Origin: Basidiobolus meristosporus CBS 931.73
Taxonomy: Eukaryota > Fungi > Basidiobolomycota
Assembly: GCA_002104905.1 (NCBI GenBank)
Contig: MCFE01000651.1
Coordinates: forward strand, 1-49,625
Direction: 5' to 3'
Length of the DNA stretch: 49,625 nt
In this document: positions 1-9,633 of the stretch, in pieces
Layout: each line of letters opens with the position of its first letter
How positions within the stretch are numbered: the first letter of the stretch is position 1
Notes under the pieces: generated by a model
Told to the model about the DNA's origin: nothing
The model's database searches: none
The model's input: only the letters and a program-made list of their open reading frames with translations
Made by a program: the position numbers and the translations under genes

Positions 1-168
1 CCCTAACCCTAACCCTAACCCTAACCCTAACCCTAACCCTAACCCTAACCCTAACCCTAACCCTAACCCTAACCCTAACCCTAACCCTAACCCTAACCCT
101 AACCCTAACCCTAACCCTAACCCTAACCCTAACCCTAACCCTAACCCTAACCCTAACCCTAACCCTAA
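1..168. repeat. Telomeric repeat tract (CCCTAA)28
   Basis: Perfect CCCTAA array from base 1; C-rich strand on + marks a left chromosome end. Confidence 0.99.
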
Positions 169-512
169 GAATTTTTGCTCCTTCCTTCTCTTCTCCCTGC
201 TAATTTTCCTAACCCAGGAATAATCCATCCATCTACCCTTGTCCATCCATCTATAAATTCTGACTTCTGGAATTTTTGCTCCTTCCTTCTCTTCTCCCTG
301 CTAATTTTCCTAACCCAGGAATAATCCATCCATCTACCCTTGTCCATCCATCTATAAATTCTGACTTCTGGAATTTTTGCTCCTTCCTTCTCTTCTCCCT
401 GCTAATTTTCCTAACCCAGGAATAATCCATCCATCTACCCTTGTCCATCCATCTATAAATTCTGACTTCTGGAATTTTTGCTCCTTCCTTCTCTTCTCCC
501 TGCTAATTTTCC
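169..512. repeat. 101-bp tandem repeat, 3 full copies plus a partial
   Basis: GAATTTTTGCTCC unit starts at 169, 270, 371 and 472; copies look identical; unit contains CCTAACCC. Confidence 0.95.
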
Positions 513-552
513 CACCCACCCACCCTATCCTACCCTCTTCTGCTTATTTCTT

Positions 553-1281
553 ATGCCTTCCCTCCATTCCCTTCAGATATCCTTCCTTGAGGAAAGGCTT
601 GCACTTGTTGAAGCTGAAAATGCTTTACTCAAGAAACAAGTTCAAAAGCTGTTTTCTGCCTTTTCTGATCTGCAAGAATCTATTGTCCCTGTGCCAACTC
701 TTCCTGTCAGCAAGACTCCCCAAGAATCATCTGCTCCTGCTCACTCTTCCTACTCTGAAGCAGTCAAAAAGCCTGTTCCTGCTTCTTCAAGACATCCTGC
801 TGCTCCTCCCAAGACTAAAAGAAAGTTTCCTGCCACTTCTGATTTGCCTCCTGCTACTGACTGGGCTGTCTGCTACTTTGCCAATGTGGAGTTTATTCCT
901 ATATCTGAGCATAGGATGTATCTCAAGCAACAAGGTTACAATTTATCCAAGATTGTAAACATGAGATTTATCAACCATCACACTCTGGAGGTAGTACTTG
1001 GCAAAAGTATTGCTAAAGAGTTCTCTCAAAATGTCTCTGACCAGTTTTACTGGGAACCTACTGACCATGCCTTCAAAGAGTTTCCTGATTCTCCAGTTTA
1101 CAAGACCTTCTCATTAGAGGAATCTCTGCTTTCAAGATTCACTTCACTTATCAAAAACTCCCCTTCACCTGCTGTTACTCACTTCTTAAAAGATTATTAT
1201 ATCTCTCAAGCTTATCTACTTCACTCCCCCATGAACCTGAACTCCAGTGTACTCTGGGATACTGCCTTAACTTTAGCTTAG
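553..1281 (+). CDS. ORF1/gag-like protein: N-terminal coiled coil, P/S/K linker, C-terminal globular domain (242 aa from first ATG)
   Basis: Open frame; heptad-like LEERLALVEAENALLKKQVQKL; SYSEAVKK linker; domain YFANV..ISEHRMYLKQQG..IVNMRFI..TLEVVL resembles fungal retroelement ORF1 proteins from memory. Confidence 0.6.
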   Translation: MPSLHSLQISFLEERLALVEAENALLKKQVQKLFSAFSDLQESIVPVPTLPVSKTPQESSAPAHSSYSEAVKKPVPASSRHPAAPPKTKRKFPATSDLPPATDWAVCYFANVEFIPISEHRMYLKQQGYNLSKIVNMRFINHHTLEVVLGKSIAKEFSQNVSDQFYWEPTDHAFKEFPDSPVYKTFSLEESLLSRFTSLIKNSPSPAVTHFLKDYYISQAYLLHSPMNLNSSVLWDTALTLA

Positions 1282-1753
1282 ATTTATTCATATTCAACTT
1301 AGTGTTTACTTTGGGAATCTTCTATTCCCGGCTGGCTTCTTTATTTGTAGTTAGACTTGTCTGCAATCAAATAAAGATTTCACCTACCTTGGTGACTTTC
1401 CCTCCCCTAACCCTTGCCTAGTAATTAGGCCAGTGATTGCCCAGATATTCCTCTCAGTTCCCCCAGTCTACTGGCCATTCTGGCCACAATTCAGCTACCG
1501 CAAATCAGTACAACTCACCTCAGATATACTCAGATACTCACTTCTCAGGCCTGGCTTTCCAGGAAACCTCTCTCAGACCTAGCTAACTAGGAAATACAGT
1601 ACCACTCAGCTTCTCAACTCTCAGACCTGGCTTACCAGGAAGATATCTCTCAGACCTAGCTTTCTAGGAACTACTTCAGATTAACATGGCTTCTTTAGAT
1701 ACTTGTCATAAGTAAATAAAGATTTCACCACTTGGTGACTTTCCTCCCCCTAA

Positions 1754-1950
1754 CCCAGTCTCAAACTGGAGGGTGGGGCCAATGCATTTGAATATGCTAA
1801 GCAAAAGGGAGCGGAACACTTGGAAGATAGTTCTTTCTCTTGCTACGTCCTGATGCAGCCCACCCAAGATATACAATACACAACCCCTGTGGCAGTGATG
1901 CAATGCGTAGAAGATTGTTGAGAGCAAAATGTTCAATACAATTAGTCCAA
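1754..1950 (+). pseudogene. 5'-truncated family B secreted-protein gene (3' third only)
   Basis: Aligns by eye to 33565-33756 (GPSLELEGG..KQKGAEH..LMQPTQD). Confidence 0.85.
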
Positions 1951-2318
1951 TGACATGAGCTGAAAATGTAGGTAGTCATCACTATGCTACAACTGAAAAT
2001 TTTCAATCAATAAAATTCAAATGACATTCTTTTACTTGTTGTTACTTGCGATTAGCTTTTTACTTGCACACACCTGTATCATGATCAGAGCTGCGGGGAT
2101 TAATATTAGATACTTGCTTATGTACTAACATACTCACCCTCAGTCATTAGCAATGCTGCCCTCCACCAAAAAGTATGATATTAGAGAGAATGTCTGACGG
2201 GGTTACCGGATTGACTTTGGTAACACAAAGATTTGAGATTGACAGACTGCCCAGTGACTATTAGCATTGTGATATTTCCTCTTATCATTTTTGTGCAAGC
2301 TAAGGAACACAATAAAAG

Positions 2319-2400
2319 TGATGAGGGTGGGGTTTGAATCCACACCTCCAAAGAGACTGCGAACTGAACGCAGCGCCTTAGACCACTTGGCCACCTCACC
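2319..2400 (-). tRNA. tRNA-Leu(CAG): tRNA-Leu(CAG), degenerate copy (probable pseudogene)
   Basis: 82-nt copy of 34129-34210; anticodon CAG kept; T-arm/B-box GGTTCGAA changed to GATTCAAA, plus other CpG transitions. Confidence 0.8.
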
Positions 2401-2411
2401 AGCTTGTACTT

Positions 2412-2739
2412 TGTTACAGAGTAAGGAGTTACTCAATGTTAAGTGACATCAACGCATACAAAGTTGACTTAGTAGCCAGGGAAAAGCAAATCAAAGACAA
2501 ATCACCAGACTCACAATAACGTATAAATACCAAGCAAGCAACTAAATAAAAAGAGAGTTTTTGGTTATAGGCAGAAAAGTGTAGTAGGAACAAATATTGG
2601 CTTGAATATATTTCTACAAATTCACCACCCCAACCTTTTAAAGAGATATTCTTACACTGCCCTGTTGAATCTACAAGATAACATACACAGTATCCCTTTT
2701 TGTACTCTCTAATGGACATTACTCTTTAAGTATGTAACA
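2412..2739 (+). repeat. 5' LTR of Ty3/gypsy element (328 bp, TGTTAC...GTAACA)
   Basis: 6-bp terminal inverted repeat; followed by a PBS; homologous to 5696-6022. Confidence 0.9.
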
Positions 2740-2743
2740 GAAT

Positions 2744-2761
2744 TGGTGCTCACAGCAGGGG
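2744..2761 (+). other. Primer-binding site TGGTGCTCACAGCAGGGG
   Basis: TGG start 4 nt after the LTR; complementary to a tRNA ending ...GTGAGCA-CCA (Ile- or Thr-type acceptor is an inference). Confidence 0.75.
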
Positions 2762-5602
2762 GCAGTATTAGACATAAGGAATCTATCTCTTATAAGAAGA
2801 ATGGAAGATGACTGCGCTACAATGGGAATGAAGACTGGTCACAATTAGCAATTTCTTAGGATATCAGACCAAAGATCCTATTGCTTGGCTACAGGAATGT
2901 GAAGTAAGTCAAAGGCAAATCAATGGGATCTAGCAGATCTTCCAATAATTGCAGGTGCCTATATGAAGGAACTGGCAGCTACTTGGTATGAAGAAAATGA
3001 AGGGCTTTTGACAGATTGGGAAACCCTCAAGCAAAGATTAAAGGAAAAATACGTCACAATGGCAAGAATGGATGCATGGCATCAAAACCTGAAGAATTTA
3101 CAACAGAAAGATGAATCAGTAGCAGAAGTTGCCACAAAAGTATTAAGATTATTTGCAAGGTTGGGATACTCCCTGGAGGAAGATAAGATCAAAGTGTTTC
3201 TTGATGTTCTTCACTCTAAGATCCAAATGGAGGTCAGAAAACATAGTCCCACAACTCTGGTCAAGCAATTTCTTTTGCCAAGGAGGAGGAACAGTATCTT
3301 GGAGGCTAGACAAGGGAAAATGTCAATGAGAAAACGCATGCAACATTATCAACTCTGCCAACAACATCATGGGATAGTCAACTGGATAAACTGGCAGCTA
3401 AATTTGATCAAATGGAGCTTAATTTATTAGCCAGTCAGAAGACAAATTCTAGTTCTATCCCCAGTTCAAACCACATCCCTCCAAGAAGGGAACAAGGATG
3501 CTTTGGTTGTGGAGAACCCATATGTATGTTGAGGGATGGTCCTTATTCCAAGTTAGTACCAACTGCAGGAGCAAATACACAAAGAGAAGGAAATACCTTG
3601 CAAGAGGATGACAAATATAGGAGCCATTCAGAGGTCAAAATAGTAGAAGACATGACAGACTCTATATATATGTTGGAAAAAAGGCAATGGATACAAAGGG
3701 ATGAATCCCCAAAAACTGAATGCATGATAATAGAAACTGGAGGGGGGAACAATAAAACCATCTGGTGTAGCAACATCAATGGATATCACTCAAGTTGCAC
3801 ACCAAATAAGGAATCAGGAAATCCCTGTTCCAGTTCAAAGCCTTTTATAGTGGCCTATGTTGAAACAAGAGTTAAACCATTCAGAACAACATATGAATCA
3901 TATACAAGTAATGGCATTGGAGCAACTGCAAGAGGATATTTGAGTAGCACAAATACTTATAAGTATCAATCAGAATCAATATCCAGTTGTTATAGACACT
4001 GGGGCAAACTGTAGTATCATTTCTGCAGACTTGCAACAAAAGTTATAGCTGAAAACTCAAGATACTTGCCCACAACAGGTGCATAACTTTGGAGGACAAT
4101 TACACTTAAGTAAGTGCGTAGTGCCAAAATTTTTCCTTTTGATTGATCACTGTGTATTACCAAGTTCTTTGGTAGTTATTGATCCCAAATGCAACTTGCT
4201 ATTAGGGATGGATTGGATCAAAAAATACCAAATTTAACTGGACTTTGCAATGAAGGAGTTATCTTTTGGAACCCCAGAAGGAAGATGTAAGATACCAATT
4301 CTTACTAGACATAAGGGGACAGAGCAGGAAGAAGAGCAAATCCTGCTTATCATGATCAGACCAATGGAAAAAAAGGAAAAAACTCCAAAAGTCTTAGTAG
4401 AAGAAAAGTAACAAATAGGCACCTTATTAAGGAAACTTGCTAACATATTTGCCAAGGACATCAAAGATGTAGGTCAACTACAGGGTGTAAGACACAAAAT
4501 AAATACAAAGTTGGTGGCTCTGATAAGACAAACATATTACCAAGTATCAAAGAAAGAAAATGAACACATACAAGATGAAATCTTGAAGATGCTAAGAAAC
4601 AATATCATTGAACTATTGCAATCACCATGGGCAGCCCCAGTAGTTCTGGTGCAAAAGAAAGATGGAACATTCCATTTCTGTGTGGATTATCAAAAGCTAA
4701 ATGCTGTTACTCAAAGAGATGCATCCCCACTCCCTCAAATAGAAGAATTATGGGATGCATTGATAAATGCAAAATACCATTCAACCCTGGATGCAGCATT
4801 GGGATACTGGCAAGTTTTAATGGATCCGGGAAGCCAAGAGAAGACAGCATTTGTTACAAGATATGGGTTGTACGAATTTAAAGTTATGCCCTTTGGACTA
4901 ACAAACGCTCCAGCCACTTTCCAACGCGCAATGAACCAAGCCTTCCAGGATATTTTATGGAAATACGTGTTGATTTTCTTGGATGATATCAAACATTCGA
5001 AAAATTGAAGGAGTTATTATGCAATACACCAATTCTAGCATATCCAAATTACGAGCAAGAATTTATAGTCACAACGGATGCTTCAAAACAAGGGCTAGGT
5101 GCAGTATTATCCCAGTTGGACAAACAAGGGAAGGAACGAGTAATACGTTTTGCAAGTCGCTCTACGCAGAAAAAAACTATTCAAGTTCCCTAGAAGGACT
5201 TGCAGTAGTATGGGCGGTGAAACATTTCTGACATTATTCATTGGGACAGAATCAGAGTATCAAACGATTATTGGGAAAGTTTACACAGGAAATTGCTAAC
5301 TGGGGCATGGAACTGACCAAAGTTCTATTAATATACCGGTCCACGCAACACGAGGAAACAGGATACTCACTAGCATACTTACTATTCGGATACAATCTAA
5401 CTCTTCCGGATAATTGGCAACCGCAAGAACCGCAATTAGTAGAAGACTCATGGAAAATTTGACTCCAAGAAATACAACATACGGCAGGGTTACCGGATTG
5501 ATTTTGGTGACACAAAGATTCGAGATTGACAGACTGCCCAGTGCCTGTTTGCATTGTGATACTTCCTCTTATCATTTTTGTGCAAGCTAAGAGTAAAATA
5601 GA

Positions 5603-5684
5603 TGATGAGGGTGGGGTTCAAACCCACGCCTCCGAAGAGACTGCGACCTGAACGCAGCACCTTAGACCACTTGGCCACCTCACC
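5603..5684 (-). tRNA. tRNA-Leu(CAG): tRNA-Leu(CAG), slightly degenerate copy
   Basis: Copy of 34129-34210 with three CpG/GpC-context transitions (D arm and T loop GGTTTGAA). Confidence 0.8.
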
Positions 5685-5695
5685 AGCTTGTACTT

Positions 5696-6022
5696 TGTTA
5701 CAGAGTAAGGAGTCACTCAATGTTAAGTGACATCAACGCATACAAAGTTGACTTAGTAGCCAGGGAAAAGCAAATCAAAGACAAATCACCAGACTCACAA
5801 TAAGGTATAAATACCAAACAAGCAATCAAATAAAAGGAGTTTTTGGGGTTATACGCAGAAAAGCGTAGTAGAAACGAATATTAGCTTGAATATATTTCTA
5901 CTAAGTCACCATCCTAATCTTTTAAGAGATATTCTTACACTATCCTGTCGAATCTACAAGATAACACACACGTTGTCTAGTTTTGTACTCTCTAAAGAAC
6001 ATTACCCTTTAAGTACGTAACA
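5696..6022 (+). repeat. Second Ty3/gypsy LTR (327 bp)
   Basis: TGTTAC...GTAACA; roughly 85-90% similar to 2412-2739 by eye; no PBS follows and no polypurine tract precedes. Confidence 0.88.
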
Positions 6023-6027
6023 CTTCT

Positions 6028-6252
6028 TGCTACAAACTAAGGAGTAAACATACATCAACGCGTACAAAGACATTTCAGTAGCCCAAAAAAAAGACAAATC
6101 GCATTTACTCACAATAAGTTAAAAATACGAAGCAAAAAATAAATAAAGGAGTTAGTAAGAGCGGTAGAAACGATTATTACCCTGAGTATATCTCTACACG
6201 TCACCATACTAACATCTTGAAAGATATTCTCATACTACCCAGTCGAATCTAC
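6028..6252 (+). repeat. Older diverged, truncated LTR of the same family
   Basis: Collinear matches (TAAGGAG, ACATCAACGC, AAAGACAAATC, CTCACAATAAG, AAGATATTCT, GTCGAATCTAC); begins TGCTAC. Confidence 0.75.
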
Positions 6253-7084
6253 TGCTGTGTGCAAATCTAGGAGACATTGCTCAGTGATGAATTCAACTCG
6301 CGAAAAATACTACTTTGTACCGGACAAACTAGACTGTTTTCAGTTTTGGAACGTGATCTGACTCATTTATGTTGGTCATCCTAATCTTACTTTGCACCAA
6401 ATCAATCATGAAGCTTTCTCTTACCCCCCCCCTATTCATCGCTACTCCCTACCCAGTCATGGTGCTTAAAGAGAGAAAGGACTTTATAGTTTCTTGGAAC
6501 TATGCTCAGCACATAATGATTACTCGGATAAATTATCTGTATTTGTGTACATGCTAATGACGCATGGTGACCTCAAGTGGTTCAAGGCCTTCATTGCTAA
6601 AAAAGGTACTACGGCATTATATATATCAATGACAGAACCTCTTTAACCAGCTTTACGATCGATTGCTCATTGAATAACAAAAGTGAGCCTTCAGCTTGAA
6701 CCAATGCAAATAATTACACAATATCAAAGCAGTGTTTGAACATATACTATATACATAATCCAAGAATGCGTTATGGTTGCTCATAATTGGATGACTTTTC
6801 TCTACGATATCGGCAACAGTCAGGTGCATGTACCCAAGATATATAAAGATTACAAATCAAGAGTATTTCGAGCACACAGTCTTGACAGACTAAACATCCA
6901 GGTGGATTACCAAAGGGGATTTCCAATATATAATTTAATATAACGTCGCCAGTACCTGCATGTTGTACGACTTACAAACTTAGTGATTGGCAGTCGTGAG
7001 AACTAAGAAGGTTGGCCGGGACTACACATAAACGAATATAAAGCCCAAAGAGGAGTATCCATTCAAGAAACACTTAATAACAAA

Positions 7085-7640
7085 ATGCTTTTCAGAAATA
7101 CCCTCTTAGTCAGTGCTTTGATACTTGCATCCTCTTTTGCCGCTCCTCTTGACCGCAACCAGCCCGGCATTACGGCAACCCCCGAGCATGTGGAGCTTTA
7201 TAAAAACGTAAATGCGTGTAGCGAAGAATTTTCATCTTCACTGAAGACAATTCCCGCTGGTAAGGAAGTAAGGTTCGCGGAATGTGTGAAGATGATCCAG
7301 GAGTTTACTCAAAGTCTGGTAACACCTAGCAATAGCGTGGTAAAGCGTGCTCTTGATGCAACTAATGGGGTTGACGTATTTTTCGATGCCCGGGATCGCT
7401 TCGAGAAGACGGCAAAAAGCTGGGAGAACTCAAATCTAGTCTGTGGGGTGACTAAGCAAAAAGGTGGTAAGGATATTTGCGGCTGTAACAAAGGTTACTG
7501 CTGGAGAAGAGTAAGTTGGCATGATATTTCCTGTACAGAAACAGTAACTTACAAGGTATTCAGTGCCATGGTGGAGTAGGGATTATCTCGTTTGGTATTG
7601 GATATGCAGCAAAGTGCACCAGAGTGTGTTTCGTATATGC
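7085..7640 (+). CDS. Family E secreted Cys-rich prepro-protein, copy 1 (3' exons deleted)
   Basis: TATA at ~7036, signal peptide, KR site (VVKR|ALD), CGCNKGYCWRR then a GTAAGT donor. Compared with copy 2, about 250 bp carrying the last exons is missing after ~7626. Confidence 0.65.
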
Positions 7641-7831
7641 ACTGTCTCACTTACGAGAATCACTAGCTAGGCATAAGGTTTGGGGTCATGTTTTAAGTAG
7701 CAACTGGCGAGGCAACCAGGCTAAATCAATCTATCTTGCATAAAGCTAGTGCTATGAACGAAGCCTAATAGAGTGGGATCGAGAAGGTGATATAAATCGG
7801 GGAAGTTCGCATGAGACTCCACCAGCCAGTC

Positions 7832-8362
7832 ATGCAGCTTTCCTTCCTCTTGCTAGTTTCCGCCATCGCTTCGTTGCAAGCAATATCGGCTACCCCACTC
7901 GGTGACTCCCAGGTAGCCTTCACCAATGAGCCATGCGTCGAACAACAGGGTGCTTGTTATCAGGACACTTCGGTCCCCAGTCAAGAATACCAGCCGTCAA
8001 CTGAGGAGGGGGATGATTCGGAGATGAGTGATCCAATGCAGACAAGCGAGACTTCGGGTGAGCAGCCAGGGTTCTCTGGGCTGCAAGGGTTCGACATTTC
8101 CAATCTTCAACCATCCCAAGCCTTGTTGGACAACATCAATGGCCATTCCTCCAGTAAAGCCAATGCCTTGTCCAACTCAAACCAGTTCGACCAAGCGCAA
8201 GTCATTGATCAAACCCTGTACCAGCCCAAGCAGCAACAGCCACAAATTATCATCACTCAGCCAGCAGCGCGTGCGCTTAGAGGGGGATACAAGAAGTATA
8301 AGAGATCTGCTCGTCGCCACTTCAAAGTTAGATATTTCAGTGGAAACAGATACTCGGATTAG
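7832..8362 (+). CDS. Family A secreted acidic/Q-rich protein with basic tail, copy 1
   Basis: Signal peptide MQLSFLLLVSAIASLQAISA; core ALSNSNQFDQAQVIDQTLYQP; tail KKYKRSARRHFKVRYF. Second ATG chosen because TATAAA at 7791 is only 15 bp from the first ATG. Confidence 0.8.
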   Translation: MQLSFLLLVSAIASLQAISATPLGDSQVAFTNEPCVEQQGACYQDTSVPSQEYQPSTEEGDDSEMSDPMQTSETSGEQPGFSGLQGFDISNLQPSQALLDNINGHSSSKANALSNSNQFDQAQVIDQTLYQPKQQQPQIIITQPAARALRGGYKKYKRSARRHFKVRYFSGNRYSD

Positions 8363-8584
8363 CAATAGAATAAAGGCAAAAGCCATGTAACTACACATAT
8401 CAGGTTTAGTATGATGAGCTCCACAAAATAATGGAAGGAAATTGAAAAAATAAGAAACTATGGAAACGTTTGCAAAATACTGAGGGTATGAGTAATGACC
8501 TGATTAGTCAAGGAAAGGTGAGCTATGCTATACATAATAGTAATTTACCCAGTACACAAATTCATTATTCAACTGTTTCTCCAC

Positions 8585-8910
8585 ATGCGCTTTGTTACCG
8601 TAGCAGTGATTCCAGGCCTTGCCACGAATCATGTAGCCGTTGATGCCCCTGTTCTTTTCCACGTACTCGCGAGTATAGAAGGGCTCATTATCGCATCTCA
8701 CCATGTGCACAGTATGCGGCCGATTACTACCAAAACATTCGAGCTTTGCCTGTCGTTAAGACGCCCAATGCACAATCCCCGCTATTGCGCCAGGCTTTCA
8801 CCACCGTGATCAGAAAGCACAATAACCTGAACATTACTAATGCCAACGGCACTAAAGGCCTCGTGACAAAATACAGATAAATCAACCTAAACAGAGAATA
8901 TTGAGTAGGC
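8585..8910 (+). pseudogene. Family B pseudogene (frameshift, internal deletion)
   Basis: Homologous to 33259-33756; frame broken after the signal peptide; middle deleted. Confidence 0.8.
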
Positions 8911-9633
8911 AAAACAAATAAACCCTCCTTGCGCGACTACCCTACTCTCAGAGTCTCACAGACTATCAATTCATGGTAGACACAGTGCACCAGTCCAAAA
9001 AGAATTGATAAACTACAACGACAGACATCGAAGGGACACTTGACATTTGGTTGGTAGCAGGGTGAAATAGTGCATGCAACAGTTCAATCAGCGTTATATA
9101 TCAACTAACGTATTGGAGAACCGGTAGGTCCCTACTTTGGGATGTCAGTAAGCCTTTGTGAGCGCCATTTTCAATGTTTATGTAGCTGCTGCATCGAACT
9201 GTAAAATAAGAGTATCGATATTGGGAGTTAAATTGCCGTAAACATGATTTTTGGTCTAAGCCAAAATACGATTGTAGTATTCGTGAGACGCAAAACGACT
9301 CATACTACGACTTTTCAAGCAAGGGCTTGATGTGTGCACACAGGAATGGCACTGTTCTTACGTAGTTGGTTATTTCATAGTCAATGTTTCCAGTACGGAG
9401 CAGTATATATAACACAGTTTTTTTTGTCTCTTCTAATATTGTGGGATTTGGTCAAGCTTCCACCAGTAATAAGCCTTCTCTTTGGAACACTTTCTGATAG
9501 GCAATTACCAGCACTAAACCTTCTCTTTGGAATACTTTGAGATAGACAATTCTTCCAAAAATTTTCCTACTAGTAACTGAGGTTTGGGGAACCAATATAA
9601 AAGAGAAACGTAGCATGGTATGCTGCCATAACA

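Larger units (their letters stand above)
169..1756 (+). mobile_element. Putative telomere-inserted non-autonomous retroelement (ORF1 only) plus the 3' fragment of a second element
   Basis: Bounded distally by (CCCTAA)n and proximally by CCCTAACCC (1748-1756). An internal second 3' end also finishes in CCCTAACCC (1405-1413). Contains one ORF and no RT motifs; almost CpG-free. Confidence 0.6.
2412..5482 (+). mobile_element. Decayed Ty3/gypsy LTR retrotransposon (gag, PR, RT, RNase H, partial integrase)
   Basis: Gag AWLQE..WYE..WETLK; protease VIDTGANCSII (~3985); RT SPWAAPVVLVQKKDG..FCVDY..MPFGLTNAPATFQRAM..FLDDI; RNase H FIVTTDASKQGLGAVLSQ; integrase tail YRSTQHEETGYSLAYLLFG. Many stops, frameshifts and internal deletions. 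Confidence 0.93.

Noticed and set aside
165-958. ORFs 165-347, 251-448 (minus) and 377-958 (plus)
   Set aside because: Products of the stop-poor 101-bp repeat or a shadow frame of ORF1; no credible start context.
1330-1756. Hammerhead ribozyme, as found in Penelope/Terminon ends
   Set aside because: I could not find a CUGANGA..GAAA core on either strand by eye; an Infernal search would be needed.
2195-2739. tRNA as part of the LTR (Cassandra-like)
   Set aside because: The TGTTAC/GTAACA termini and the empty site at 34211 put the LTR boundary outside the tRNA.
5691-6027. Target-site duplication of the Ty3 element
   Set aside because: Only CTT (3 bp) matches on both sides; a canonical 4-5 bp TSD cannot be established.
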